DNA of 63,021 nucleotides, from NCBI GenBank assembly GCA_036834865.1, contig DAITNC010000002.1, forward strand, positions 1-63,021, in the 5' to 3' direction. Source of the DNA: Candidatus Limnocylindrales bacterium (GTDB lineage: Bacteria; Chloroflexota; Limnocylindria; Limnocylindrales; CSP1-4). Positions 8,592 through 18,235 of this stretch are shown in pieces (the stretch's first letter is position 1; each line of letters begins with the position of its first letter). Below the pieces are notes generated by a model. That model ran no database searches. It saw only the letters and a list, made by a program, of their open reading frames with translations, and was not told where the DNA came from. The translations under genes and the position numbers were made by a program.

Positions 8592-11500
8592 GTGGCTCCC
8601 CGCTCCGTCCCTGTCGCCGACCCGCTGGCGAGGTTCAGCCCGCCAGTCGCCGCCTGGTTCCGGGAGTCGTTCTCCACGCCCACCCCGGCCCAGGTCGGGG
8701 GCTGGGCCGCGATCGCCGCCGGCGGGCACGTGCTCCTCCATGCGCCGACCGGCAGCGGCAAGACGCTCGCCGCATTCCTGTGGTGCCTGGACCGCCTCGT
8801 GCGAGAACCGGTCGGGCCGGTGCCACGAGCCGGCGTCCGGATCCTGTACGTCAGCCCGCTCAAGGCGCTGACGTACGACGTCGAGCGCAACCTCCGGGCA
8901 CCCCTGGCGGGGATCGCGCTGGCGGGAGCGCGGCTCGGGAGCCCGGTCCGCGCCGTCTCGATCGCCTCGCGGACGGGCGACACCCCGACCGAGGAGCGCC
9001 GCCTCGTCGCGAAACGACCGCCCGAGATCCTCATCACGACCCCGGAGTCGCTCTACCTGCTCCTCACGTCGCAGGCGCGCGAGATCCTGCGAGGCGTGGA
9101 GCACGTGATCATCGACGAGGTCCACGCCGTCGCCGGCACGAAGCGCGGGGCCCACCTCGCGTTGAGCCTGGAGCGCCTGGAGCACCTCCGCCCGCCCGGC
9201 GCGCCGGCGCTCCAGCGGATCGGCCTGTCGGCCACCCAGCGGCCGCTCCAGGCGATCGGGCGCTTCCTGGCCGGCGTCGGTGACGGCCGCGCGGTGACGA
9301 TCGTGGATGCCGGGGCTCGGAAGGCGCTGGACCTCTCGGTGGTGGTGCCGGTCGAGGACATGCGCCACCCGGCCGACGCGCTCGCCCCGGACAGCCAGCC
9401 GGGCGGCCCGCGAGGTGGCGGCGACCTCCGCGCCAGCATCTGGCCGGCGATTCACCCGCCGATCCTGGAGCTGATCCGGGCGCACCGGAGCACGCTCGTC
9501 TTCGTGAACAGCCGGCGCCTCGCGGAACGGCTCGCACAGCGCCTCAACGAGCTCGCCGGCGAGGACCTCGTCCGGGCTCACCACGGCTCGATCGCCCGCG
9601 AGCAGCGGGTGGCGATCGAGGAGGCGCTCAAGGATGGCCGGCTCCCCGCGCTGGTGGCGACCTCGTCGCTCGAGCTTGGGATCGACATGGGCGCGATCGA
9701 TCTGGTGATCCAGGTCGAGTCTCCGACCTCGGTCGCCCGCGGGCTCCAGCGCGTGGGCCGCGCCGGGCACCGCATCGACGAGGTCAGCCGCGGCGTGATC
9801 TTCCCGAAGTACCGCGGCGACCTGCTGGAGTGCGCCGTCGTCGCGGAACGGATGCGGGAGGGCCTGATCGAGGCGACCACGATCCCGCGCAACCCCCTCG
9901 ACGTGCTTGCCCAGCAGCTCGTCGCGATGACGGTCATGGACCGCTGGTCGGTGGAGGACCTGCTGGCGACCGTGACGCGGGCGGCGCCCTTCGAGACGCT
10001 CACCCGGGAAGCCTTCGAGGGCGTGCTTGCGATGCTCGCCGGGGCATATCCCTCGGACGAGTTCGCGGGGCTCAAGCCGCGCCTCGTCTGGGACCGGACG
10101 ACGGGCATGGTGGAGGGCCGGCGGGACGCCCGGGTCGTGGCGGTCACGTCCGGCGGGACGATCCCCGACCGTGGACTGTTCGGCGTGTTCGTGGCCGGCG
10201 AGGCCGGGACGCCCGGGCGCCGCGTGGGCGAGCTCGACGAGGAGATGGTCTACGAGCTCCGCGCGGGGATGCACGGCGACGTCATCGTGCTGGGGGCCAG
10301 CAGCTGGCGGGTGACGGAGATCACGTCGGAACGAGTGGTCGTCGTGCCCGCGCCCGGCGAGCCCGGCAAGCTGCCCTTCTGGAAGGGCGACGCGGTGGGC
10401 CGGCCGATCGAGCTGGGCCGCGCGCTGGGTGCGCTGGTCCGGGAAGCGGAGAGCGACCTGGTCCGCGGCAACGCCGGTCGGGAGGCCGTGATCGCCCGGC
10501 TCCGCGAACAGAATCACCTCGACGCGCTGGCAGCCGAGAACCTCGTCGCCTACCTGGAGGAAGAGCGCGAGGCGGCCGGCGCCCTCCCGACCGACCGCCG
10601 GGTCGTCGTGGAGCGCTTCCGTGACGAGCTGGGCGACTGGCGGCTGGTCCTTCTGACGCCGTTCGGGGGCCGCGTCCACGCCCCCTGGTCGCTGGCGATC
10701 GAGGCCCGCCTTCGCGAGCGGCTGGGCCAGGACGTCGCCTCGATCTGGTCGGACGACGGGATCGCGATCCGGCTGCCGGAGGGCAACCTCGACGGGGTGG
10801 AGGAGGCGCTCTTCCCCGACCCCGACGCGATCGAGGACCTGGTCGTCGCCGCCGTCGGAGGTTCCGCCCTGTTCGCGGCGCGCTTCCGCGAGAACGCGGC
10901 ACGGGCGCTCCTGCTTCCACGCCGTCGGCCGGGCTCCCGCACGCCGCTCTGGCAGCAGCGCCAGCGCGCTGCCGACCTGCTCGGCGTTGCGAGCCGCTAC
11001 GGAAGCTTCCCGATCCTCGTCGAGACGTACCGCGAATGCCTGGCCGACGTCTTCGACCTGCCCGCCCTCCGCGAGGTGCTGGCCGGCATCGCCCGGCGCG
11101 AGATCCGCGTCCACCGGGTGGAGACGCCGGTCGCAACCCCGATGGCCTCGTCGCTCCTGTTCGACTACGTGGCCGCCTTCATGTACGAGGGCGACGCGCC
11201 GCTCGCCGAGCGCCGCGCTCAGGCGCTCACGCTCGATCGCGACCTGCTCCGCGAGCTGTTGGGCCAGGAGGAGCTGCGCGAGCTGCTGGACCCGGACGCG
11301 CTCGACGAGACCGAGCGTGGCCTGCAGGCGCTCCGGGACGAGCGGCAGGCCGGCACCCTGGACCAGGTCGCGGACCTCCTGCGCCGGCTGGGCGACCTGT
11401 CGGGGGACGAGGTGGCGGCCCGCACCCGCGGCGGCGCGCCGGCCGCCGACGCATGGCTCGAGGCGCTCACGACGGCGCGCCGCGCCATCGCCGTCCCGAT

Positions 11501-13202
11501 CGGCGGGGTGATCCGCTGGATCGCCGTCGAGGATGCCGGTCGCTACCGCGATGCCACCGGCGCCCAGCCACCCGCGGGCACGCCAGCCGCGTTCCTGGGG
11601 GCGACGCAGGATGCCCTGGGCGGCCTGCTCGCCCGCTGGGCACACACCCACGGCCCGTTCCTTGCCGTCGAGCCGGCTCGCCGCTGGGGGCTGCCGGCCG
11701 GCATCGTCGGGGAGGCCCTCGGGCGGCTGGCCGACGCCGGCACGCTCCTCCTGGGCGAGTTCCGCCCCGGCGGCGCCGAGCGGGAGTGGTGCGACCCGGA
11801 GGTGCTCCGGGTGCTCCGCCGCAGGTCGCTGGCCCGCCTGCGGCGGGAGGTCGAGCCGGTGGAGTCGGCGGCGTTCGCGCGGTTCCTTCCCGCGTGGCAG
11901 GGCGTCGCGCCCGTGCCGGCGCTGGGGACGGAGAGTCCGGCGCCCCATCGCGGCCAGGCCGCCCTCGCGCGGCTCGCCGAGGTCATCGACCAGCTGGCGG
12001 GCGTGCCGATCCCGGCATCCGTCCTCGAGCGCGACGTGCTCCCGGCGCGCATCCCCGGCTACCAGCCGCGGCTCCTCGACGAGCTGGGCGCCCTCGGCGA
12101 GGTGGCCTGGATCGGCTGCGGACCGCTTGGCCGGGACGACGGCCGGGTGGCGCTGTTCCGTCCGGGCACGGGCGACATCCTGCGGGCCGCGCTGGCGGAG
12201 TCCCGAGCGCTGGTGGCCGACGCGGCCCGGGGGCCGCGCCACGTGGCGATCCGCGACCTCCTGGCTCGACGAGGGGCCTCGTTCTACCGCGAGGTCTTCG
12301 CGGCCGCGGGCGGCGGAACGGACCGCGAGGTGCTCGACGCGCTGTGGGACCTGGTCTGGGCCGGCGAGGTGACAAACGACACGTTCGCGCCGCTCCGGGC
12401 GCTCCGCTGGAAGCGCCCCGGCGGGGATCGGCGGTCGCGGCCCGGACGGTTGGCCGCGCTTGGGCCACCCGAGGCGGCCGGCCGCTGGTCCCGGGTCGAG
12501 CCCGCCGTGGGGCCGGGTGGCGACGTGACCACGGGCGCAGGGTCGGCGGCGGGCGGCATCGCGGCCACGAGCGCCACCCACCGGTTCCACGCGCTCGCGC
12601 TGAGCCTTCTTGACCGGCACGGCGTCCTGACCCGTGAGGCAGTGATCGCGGAGGGCGTGGAGGGCGGCTTCGCCGCGGTCTACCCTGTTCTCCGGGCGCT
12701 CGAGGAGGCCGGCAGGATCCGGCGGGGCTACTTCGTCGACGGGCTCGGCGCCGCGCAGTTTGCCCTGGCCGGGGCGATCGACCGCCTGCGCGCCGTCCGC
12801 GACCCGGTGGCCGGCGCGCGACGTGTCGACCTCCTGGCGGCGACCGATCCCGCGCAGCCCTACGGCGCCGCCCTCGCCTGGCCGCGCCGGGACGGGTCCG
12901 ACCGGGGGATCTTCGGGCGCGCGGCCGGCGCGTACGTGGCGCTCGTGGACGGGGTGCCTGTCCTCTACCTGGAGCGAGGTGGGCGCGGGCTGGTCACGTT
13001 CCCGGCGGCGGACGACACCGAGCGGCTGGGGCCGGCGCTGGCCGCTCTCGGGACGCTCGTTGCCGACGGTCGCTTCCGTGAGCTGGTCGTCAGCCGGGTG
13101 GACGGCGAGCCTCCGGGTCCCGGGAGCCGCTGGCGTGAGCGCCTGGCTGCCGCTGGCTTCGCGGCCGGGTATCGCGGGATGGCGTTGCGCTCGCGCCCGT
13201 AG
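8592..13202 (+). CDS. lhr: Lhr-family ATP-dependent DNA helicase (large helicase-related, ~1535 aa)
   Basis: RFSPPVAAWFRESFSTPTPAQVGGWAAIAAGGHVLLHAPTGSGKTLAAF (motif I), IIDEVHA (DExH), SATQ and HHGSIAREQR..VATSSLELGIDMG..VGRAGH are seen, with the long Lhr C-terminal extension. GTG at 8592 is 9 nt after a TATACT at 8577-8582, so a leaderless start is possible. GTG at 8565 is the alternative. Confidence 0.9.
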   Translation: MAPRSVPVADPLARFSPPVAAWFRESFSTPTPAQVGGWAAIAAGGHVLLHAPTGSGKTLAAFLWCLDRLVREPVGPVPRAGVRILYVSPLKALTYDVERNLRAPLAGIALAGARLGSPVRAVSIASRTGDTPTEERRLVAKRPPEILITTPESLYLLLTSQAREILRGVEHVIIDEVHAVAGTKRGAHLALSLERLEHLRPPGAPALQRIGLSATQRPLQAIGRFLAGVGDGRAVTIVDAGARKALDLSVVVPVEDMRHPADALAPDSQPGGPRGGGDLRASIWPAIHPPILELIRAHRSTLVFVNSRRLAERLAQRLNELAGEDLVRAHHGSIAREQRVAIEEALKDGRLPALVATSSLELGIDMGAIDLVIQVESPTSVARGLQRVGRAGHRIDEVSRGVIFPKYRGDLLECAVVAERMREGLIEATTIPRNPLDVLAQQLVAMTVMDRWSVEDLLATVTRAAPFETLTREAFEGVLAMLAGAYPSDEFAGLKPRLVWDRTTGMVEGRRDARVVAVTSGGTIPDRGLFGVFVAGEAGTPGRRVGELDEEMVYELRAGMHGDVIVLGASSWRVTEITSERVVVVPAPGEPGKLPFWKGDAVGRPIELGRALGALVREAESDLVRGNAGREAVIARLREQNHLDALAAENLVAYLEEEREAAGALPTDRRVVVERFRDELGDWRLVLLTPFGGRVHAPWSLAIEARLRERLGQDVASIWSDDGIAIRLPEGNLDGVEEALFPDPDAIEDLVVAAVGGSALFAARFRENAARALLLPRRRPGSRTPLWQQRQRAADLLGVASRYGSFPILVETYRECLADVFDLPALREVLAGIARREIRVHRVETPVATPMASSLLFDYVAAFMYEGDAPLAERRAQALTLDRDLLRELLGQEELRELLDPDALDETERGLQALRDERQAGTLDQVADLLRRLGDLSGDEVAARTRGGAPAADAWLEALTTARRAIAVPIGGVIRWIAVEDAGRYRDATGAQPPAGTPAAFLGATQDALGGLLARWAHTHGPFLAVEPARRWGLPAGIVGEALGRLADAGTLLLGEFRPGGAEREWCDPEVLRVLRRRSLARLRREVEPVESAAFARFLPAWQGVAPVPALGTESPAPHRGQAALARLAEVIDQLAGVPIPASVLERDVLPARIPGYQPRLLDELGALGEVAWIGCGPLGRDDGRVALFRPGTGDILRAALAESRALVADAARGPRHVAIRDLLARRGASFYREVFAAAGGGTDREVLDALWDLVWAGEVTNDTFAPLRALRWKRPGGDRRSRPGRLAALGPPEAAGRWSRVEPAVGPGGDVTTGAGSAAGGIAATSATHRFHALALSLLDRHGVLTREAVIAEGVEGGFAAVYPVLRALEEAGRIRRGYFVDGLGAAQFALAGAIDRLRAVRDPVAGARRVDLLAATDPAQPYGAALAWPRRDGSDRGIFGRAAGAYVALVDGVPVLYLERGGRGLVTFPAADDTERLGPALAALGTLVADGRFRELVVSRVDGEPPGPGSRWRERLAAAGFAAGYRGMALRSRP

Positions 13203-13276
13203 CATGCCAACGAGCTCGACAGCCGGGCGGCGGTCCGGTTCGTGAATGTGGTGCCGACCCGTGCGACGATGAACCG

Positions 13277-13708
13277 ATGGCCACCGATCCGCTCACGGCC
13301 TGGGGCGTCGTGCTGGAGCTCGACGCGATCGACGACGAGGGCGGCCCCGGATCCGGCAGCCGTTGGTTCGAGCAGGGTCGTGCCGCGCTCTTCGCGCGGT
13401 GCCCCCACCTGGCCGCGTTCCTTCGGGCAGAGAACGCGGCCCTCCGCGTGACGGCCGAGCAGGTTGCGGCCCACGCCGCGCCCGGCTCCCGAGGCGCGAG
13501 GGTGGGCATCTCCATCGTCGAGGTCCGCCCGTCTTCGTTCGACATGGCCGTCCGGATTCGGGGGACGGGTGACGACCCGGGCCGGCCCGCGAACGGCCGC
13601 TGCACGATCGTGGTCGAGCGGCGAGCCACGGGTGAGCGGGTCCCGATCCCGCGCCAGGTGCGCGACGAGTTCGTCGCCATCCAGCTCGCGGCGCGGGAGC
13701 TCTGCTGA
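13277..13708 (+). CDS. Hypothetical protein, possibly hotdog-fold thioesterase-like
   Basis: 143-aa ORF with good GC3 bias. The segment GISIVEVRPSSFDMAVRIR..GRCTIVVERRATGERVPIPRQVRDEF resembles the central-strand/C-terminal pattern of YbgC/4HBT thioesterases. Weak, by eye only. Confidence 0.45.
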   Translation: MATDPLTAWGVVLELDAIDDEGGPGSGSRWFEQGRAALFARCPHLAAFLRAENAALRVTAEQVAAHAAPGSRGARVGISIVEVRPSSFDMAVRIRGTGDDPGRPANGRCTIVVERRATGERVPIPRQVRDEFVAIQLAARELC

Positions 13709-13734
13709 CCGACGCGTGCCGCTACCATCGGTTC

Positions 13735-14421
13735 ATGTGTGAGCTGCTGGCGGTCCGGTCCGACGCGCCGTTCGCCCTGTCGGACCTGTGGCCGCTGGCC
13801 GAGGGCCTCGAACGGTACGGCGTAGCCGGGTACGCATGGGGCGTTGCCTGGATCGACGCCGGTGGGGAGATCGCAGCCCATCGGGCCACGTCCGCCTTCC
13901 GGGACGACCCTGCCCGGGAAGCGGTCGGCCGCGCCGAGACCATGGCCGCGCTGGTCCATCTCCGCCGCCCATCGCGCTTCTCCTGGCTCGGAATCGCCGA
14001 CACCCAGCCGTTCGTCGATGGCGCGGGGCGTTTCGCGTTCGCCCACAACGGCGAGCTGGTGCGCCACGGGCGGTTCCGGGCCGCATATCGAGCCGCCGGG
14101 CGGATCCACGGCCGGGCTGATTCCGAGGTGGGGATGCGGTGGCTGGAGGATGCCTGGACGCTCGGGCAGCCGGCGGGCGTCCTCCTTGCGGCCCTTCATG
14201 ACGCGATGGGTGGCTCCGCGAACCTCGCGGCACTTGAGCGGGGCGGCGGGGCGACGATTCACGCCGGGAACGCGGAGAACCCCGTCTTCGGCTTTCGCCT
14301 TGGCGGCCTCCGATGTCTCTCGACTGGCGTCTACTCGCTCGACCGGTCCGTCTTCCGGCTCGTGGCTCCCGGCGCGCGCGATCGACGCCTGGTCCGGAAG
14401 GGGCGCGCCGCGGCCCTCTGA
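13735..14421 (+). CDS. Class II (Ntn-type) glutamine amidotransferase domain protein (YafJ/EgtC-like)
   Basis: Starts MCELLAV, with Cys2 as the nucleophile after Met removal. Followed by GYAWGVAW, LVHLRRPS..DTQPF and FAHNGEL, typical of GATase_2/4 Ntn amidotransferases. Confidence 0.75.
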   Translation: MCELLAVRSDAPFALSDLWPLAEGLERYGVAGYAWGVAWIDAGGEIAAHRATSAFRDDPAREAVGRAETMAALVHLRRPSRFSWLGIADTQPFVDGAGRFAFAHNGELVRHGRFRAAYRAAGRIHGRADSEVGMRWLEDAWTLGQPAGVLLAALHDAMGGSANLAALERGGGATIHAGNAENPVFGFRLGGLRCLSTGVYSLDRSVFRLVAPGARDRRLVRKGRAAAL

Positions 14422-14445
14422 TCTGCCGTCGGACGCGACCACCCC

Positions 14446-14473
14446 TTGACGTTGCCGCACCGGCGGCTACTGT
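14446..14473 (+). promoter_or_regulatory. Candidate promoter for the downstream MFS gene
   Basis: TTGACG (14446-14451), a 16-nt spacer, then TACTGT (14468-14473), in the 164-nt gap after the amidotransferase gene. Confidence 0.3.
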
Positions 14474-14585
14474 GGATGGGCGGGGGCTTCGTGTTGCTGC
14501 CACGGGGTGGACCGATGCAGGACTCGATCCGTCGCGACCGGGGGTGGCGCATCCGTGCGCGCCGCCGCGAGCCGGATCCGGTCTC

Positions 14586-15923
14586 GTGACACCGACGTCA
14601 TCGGCGGGTCAGGCGATCGACGTCGGCGAGCGGCCGACCGCAGCGCTTCCGCTGGGGCAGCTGGTCCGCCTGTCGTTCTACTGGCTTGGTCTCTCGTCTA
14701 TCTTCGCCGGGCTGCAGGCGATCCTGGGCGGCCGCCTCGAGTTCGAGCACCTCGTCCAGCCGGGGACGGAGGGGACGGCGCTCTTCCAGATGACGGCGTT
14801 CGGCTCGCTGATCGCCGCGGTCGTCCAGCCCACCGTCGGCTCGCTCAGCGACTACACCGTCAGCCGATGGGGCCGGCGCAAGCCGTACATCGTCGTCGGC
14901 TCTGTTCTCGACATCGTCTTCCTCGTCGGCATCGCGAGCTCCAGCACCGTCCTGACGATCGCGGCGTTCATGACGCTCCTCCAGGTCAGCGCGAACACTG
15001 CCCAGGGACCGTTCCAGGGGTACGTCCCTGACCTGGTCCCTGAGCGGCAGGTCGGCCTGGCGTCCGCCCTCGTCGGCATGTTCCAGGTCCTCGGCAACGT
15101 GATGGGCGCCGTGGTCGCGGCCCTGGCGGTGGCGACCAGCCAGTACGCGGCGGCGACCGTCGCGCTCGGCGTGATCGAGGTGCTCACGATGCTCAGCGTG
15201 GCCCTGGGGGTCCGCGAGGGGCGAGCCGCGAAGGACCGCGCCGGTCGGTCGTGGGCGGCAATCGCGCGCGAGGCATGGGGGACCGACGTGCTGCACGAGC
15301 GGAGCTTCCTGTGGCTGGTCGGTTCGCGCCTGTTCGTCCTGATCGGCTCGCTGATGCTGCTGAACCTGGGGGTCTTCTACCTGGTCCGCTCGCTCGGCCT
15401 CGCGGAGAAGTCCGACGCCGGACAGGTCTACCTCATGGTGTCCGGCCTGGTCGCGGCCGGGGTGCTCCTGGCCGTGCTGCCGGCCGCGCGGGCCTCCGAT
15501 CGGTTCGGCCGGAAGCCCGTGATCTACACGGCCTGCGGCGTCGGAGCCGTGGCCCTCTCGACCATCGCGGTTGCGCCCTCGGTTCCCGTGGTTCTCGTCG
15601 GGGCTGGGCTGCTTGGCATCTCCACCGGGTCATTCCTCGCGGTGGACTGGGCGCTCATGACCGACATCATCCCGAAGGCGTCCTCCGGGCGATTCATGGG
15701 GATCAGCAACGTCGCCACGGCCTCGGCCGGCATCTTCGCGACGGCCTTCGGCGGGACCCTGATGGATCTCGTGGGCGGCTCGCAGCGACTGGGCACCGGG
15801 CCCCGCGCGGCGATGTGGCTTGCGGTGGGCTGCTACGTCCTGGGGGCGATTCTCCTGCGGCGGGTCCGCGAGCCGCCTCGGCGCGCAGCCGCGGCGGACG
15901 GTCTGGCGGCGCGTCCCGAGTAG
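14586..15923 (+). CDS. MFS transporter
   Basis: 12-TM pattern with GSLSDYTVSRWGRRKPYIV (MFS loop 2-3 D-R-x-G-R-R/K motif) and RASDRFGRKPV in the second half. GTG at 14586 is the first start clear of the upstream gene; the ORF-track start at 14313 overlaps that gene. Confidence 0.75.
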   Translation: MTPTSSAGQAIDVGERPTAALPLGQLVRLSFYWLGLSSIFAGLQAILGGRLEFEHLVQPGTEGTALFQMTAFGSLIAAVVQPTVGSLSDYTVSRWGRRKPYIVVGSVLDIVFLVGIASSSTVLTIAAFMTLLQVSANTAQGPFQGYVPDLVPERQVGLASALVGMFQVLGNVMGAVVAALAVATSQYAAATVALGVIEVLTMLSVALGVREGRAAKDRAGRSWAAIAREAWGTDVLHERSFLWLVGSRLFVLIGSLMLLNLGVFYLVRSLGLAEKSDAGQVYLMVSGLVAAGVLLAVLPAARASDRFGRKPVIYTACGVGAVALSTIAVAPSVPVVLVGAGLLGISTGSFLAVDWALMTDIIPKASSGRFMGISNVATASAGIFATAFGGTLMDLVGGSQRLGTGPRAAMWLAVGCYVLGAILLRRVREPPRRAAAADGLAARPE

Positions 15924-15963
15924 GGCGCCGGCCGCCGCTCCCGGCGCGAGACGCGGCTCGGGA

Positions 15964-16932
15964 TCAGGCCGCCAGGCCGAAGAAGCCGAGGGCTGCCTCG
16001 CGCAGCCACGCACCCGCCCGGCGGGGCGCCCCCACACCGTCTCCCATGTCTTCGCGCAGCCGACGGCCAGTCGCGAGGATTCGCGCCGTCCACGCCCGCC
16101 ACGTTGCCGGGCGAAGAAGCCACGCCGGGTCCGGTTGGAGCCAGACGGACGGCACGACCGCCCAGAGGAAGACAAGGTAGTCCAGCCGCACGGGCCGGGG
16201 CAGCCCGAACAGGACCGAGAGCTGGACGAGCGTGAGCGGGAGCGTGGCGAGCGTGAGGAGCCCGCCGATCGCCAGGAAGATGACGCCATGGAGGCGCGCC
16301 CTCGGAGCGAGGATCGGGAGGAAGACGAGCGGCATCCACTTCATCGCCGTGGCCAGCGCCCAGAGGAGGCCGGCCGTCCGCCGGCCGGTGAAGTAGGCGC
16401 CCCACAGGAGCAGGACCAGGACCAGGTCGATGTTGCCCGTGTCCAGGTTGGCGAAGGCCGGGAACGCGAGCAGCAGCGCCGCGACCGCGGTCGCGAGCGG
16501 GTGGCGGCGATACGCCCAGGTGACCGTCCAGAGGAGCAACAGGATCGTCCCGCCGCGCCAGACGAACCAGGCCACGTCCCAGGGCAGGAGGGCCCACGGC
16601 GCGAACGCGGGGAGGAGCCAGGGCGCGTAGACGTACGGCAGGAACGGGCTGGCGGGGTGGTAGGGATCGCCGCCGTTGAGCCAGATCCGGACGGCGGCCC
16701 AGTAGGCGCGCGCGTCGGAGCCGGCCAGCTCGCCACGGGCGAACATGCCGGCCAGCCCGATCCCGCCGGCAACCGCGAGGAGGAGGATCGCCAGCAGCCG
16801 GCGCCGGTCTCGCAGCCGGGAGACCTGGCGACGGAACGCCCGCCGGTAGATCCCGGCCCGGCGTCGCGCCGGGTGGTCCGCCCAGCCGCCGACCCGGCCG
16901 CCCGCGAGGTCCGTCGCACGCCGGATTGCCAT
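15964..16932 (-). CDS. Polytopic membrane glycosyltransferase-like protein (DUF2029 / GT87-like)
   Basis: Start MAIRRATD (ATG 16932). First loop reads DARAYWAAVRIWLNGGDPYHPASPFLPYVYAPWLLP, followed by about 8 further TM helices, matching the DUF2029/GT87 mannosyltransferase pattern. The upstream 390 codons of ORF ..18105 are the shadow of the M20 gene. Confidence 0.6.
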   Translation of the reverse strand: MAIRRATDLAGGRVGGWADHPARRRAGIYRRAFRRQVSRLRDRRRLLAILLLAVAGGIGLAGMFARGELAGSDARAYWAAVRIWLNGGDPYHPASPFLPYVYAPWLLPAFAPWALLPWDVAWFVWRGGTILLLLWTVTWAYRRHPLATAVAALLLAFPAFANLDTGNIDLVLVLLLWGAYFTGRRTAGLLWALATAMKWMPLVFLPILAPRARLHGVIFLAIGGLLTLATLPLTLVQLSVLFGLPRPVRLDYLVFLWAVVPSVWLQPDPAWLLRPATWRAWTARILATGRRLREDMGDGVGAPRRAGAWLREAALGFFGLAA

Positions 16933-16998
16933 GCCGGGAGTATCGCATCGCACCGGAGCGCCGTCGCCATAATCGGCGGATGGAGAGCCGCTGACGAC

Positions 16999-18225
16999 AT
17001 GCGGGAAGACTCGACCTCCCTGCTCGCCGACCGCGAGCTCGCCGCGCTCGAGGCCCGGATCGTCGCCGCCGAGCCGGCGTTCCTGGCCGACCTCGCGCGC
17101 CTCGTCAACGTGGACTGCGGGAGCTACACCCGCGAGGGCGTGAACGAGGTCGCAGCCTGGGCGGCCGCCTTCCTGGAGCGGCTCGGCGGCGAGGTGACCC
17201 TTCACGCGGACCCCGCCGGGGTGCTCGGCGACACTGTCGAGGCGGTCTTCCGGGGCGAAACCGGCGGCCCGCGGGCGCTGCTCATCGGGCACACGGACAC
17301 GGTCTTCCCGGACGGGACCGCCGCCGAACGTCCCTTCCGGGTCGCCGCCGGCATCGCCACCGGCCCGGGGGTCACCGACATGAAGGCGGGCCTGCTCACC
17401 CTGCTGTACGGGCTCGAAGCCGCCCTGGCAGCCGGCAGTCTCCCGTTCGAGCGACTCACGGTGATCGCGAACCCGGACGAGGAGATCGGCTCGCCGGTCT
17501 CGACCCCGCACGTGCGGCGTGTCGCGGCCGAGAGCGACGTGGCCTTCGTGCTCGAGTGCGCCCGCGCGAATGGCGACGTCGTCTCGGCGCGCAAGGGGAC
17601 CGTCGACTACGTCGTGACGATCACGGGGCGCGCCGCGCATGCCGGCGTCGAGCCAGAGAAAGGGCGCAGCGCGATCCTCGAGGCCGCGTACCAGGTGGTC
17701 GGCCTCCACGCGCTGACCGGCCGCTGGCCCGGCGTCACCTGCAACGTCGGTGTCATCGAGGCCGGAACCCGCCCGAATGTTGTTGCCGAGCGGGCCGTCC
17801 TGCAGGTGGACCTGCGGGCGGCGGACCGGGCCGGCATGGAGGCTGCGACCGCCGCCGTCCAGGCGCTCGCCGCGGCACCCACGGTCCCCGGCGTCAGGGT
17901 GGTGGCAGTGGAGCGCCATCGCCACCAGCCCATGGAGAAGCTGGCGCGCTCGGGACGGCTCGTGGAACACGCGCAGGCGTGCGCGGAACGGCTGGGCTTC
18001 CGCGTCAGCGATGCATCGACCGGCGGCGCATCGGATGCCAACACGACCGCCGGGATGGGTGTTCCGACCCTCGACGGCCTCGGCCCGATCGGCGGGCTGG
18101 ACCATTCGCCGGACGAGTGGCTGGACGTGGCGAGCATCGTCCCGCGGACGACGCTGTTCGCCGCGCTGCTCCTGGCCACCGGACGCGATCCCGTGGTCCG
18201 AGGCTGGCGAGGCGGACGCGGGTAG
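16999..18225 (+). CDS. M20 family metallopeptidase (carboxypeptidase G2 / glutamate carboxypeptidase-like)
   Basis: Motifs LLIGHTDTVFP, GPGVTDMKAG, NPDEEIGS, ARKG..ITGRAAHAG and GGASDAN..G are seen. ATG at 16999 (MREDSTSLLADREL). Confidence 0.85.
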   Translation: MREDSTSLLADRELAALEARIVAAEPAFLADLARLVNVDCGSYTREGVNEVAAWAAAFLERLGGEVTLHADPAGVLGDTVEAVFRGETGGPRALLIGHTDTVFPDGTAAERPFRVAAGIATGPGVTDMKAGLLTLLYGLEAALAAGSLPFERLTVIANPDEEIGSPVSTPHVRRVAAESDVAFVLECARANGDVVSARKGTVDYVVTITGRAAHAGVEPEKGRSAILEAAYQVVGLHALTGRWPGVTCNVGVIEAGTRPNVVAERAVLQVDLRAADRAGMEAATAAVQALAAAPTVPGVRVVAVERHRHQPMEKLARSGRLVEHAQACAERLGFRVSDASTGGASDANTTAGMGVPTLDGLGPIGGLDHSPDEWLDVASIVPRTTLFAALLLATGRDPVVRGWRGGRG

Positions 18226-18235
18226 ACCCGTCGGC

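Noticed and set aside
8544-13205. Very long open frames antisense to, or out of frame with, real genes. Examples: 1553 aa antisense to lhr; 892 aa at 46086..48764 antisense to hppA; 930 aa at 23143..25935; 966 aa at 20416..23316; 899 aa at 30616..33315.
   Set aside because: Their translations are Arg/Pro/Gly/Ala-dominated with no motifs. Each lies opposite, or offset from, a gene with unmistakable family signatures. In DNA this GC-rich, stop codons are rare in all frames, so long shadow ORFs are expected.
15820-16998. Upstream in-frame extensions that make the M20 peptidase 801 aa (15820..) and the GT87-like protein 713 aa (..18105).
   Set aside because: The extensions overlap each other's genuine coding regions on opposite strands. 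They translate to Arg/Glu/Pro low-complexity sequence. Internal ATGs at 16999 and 16932 give normal-length proteins with proper N-termini.
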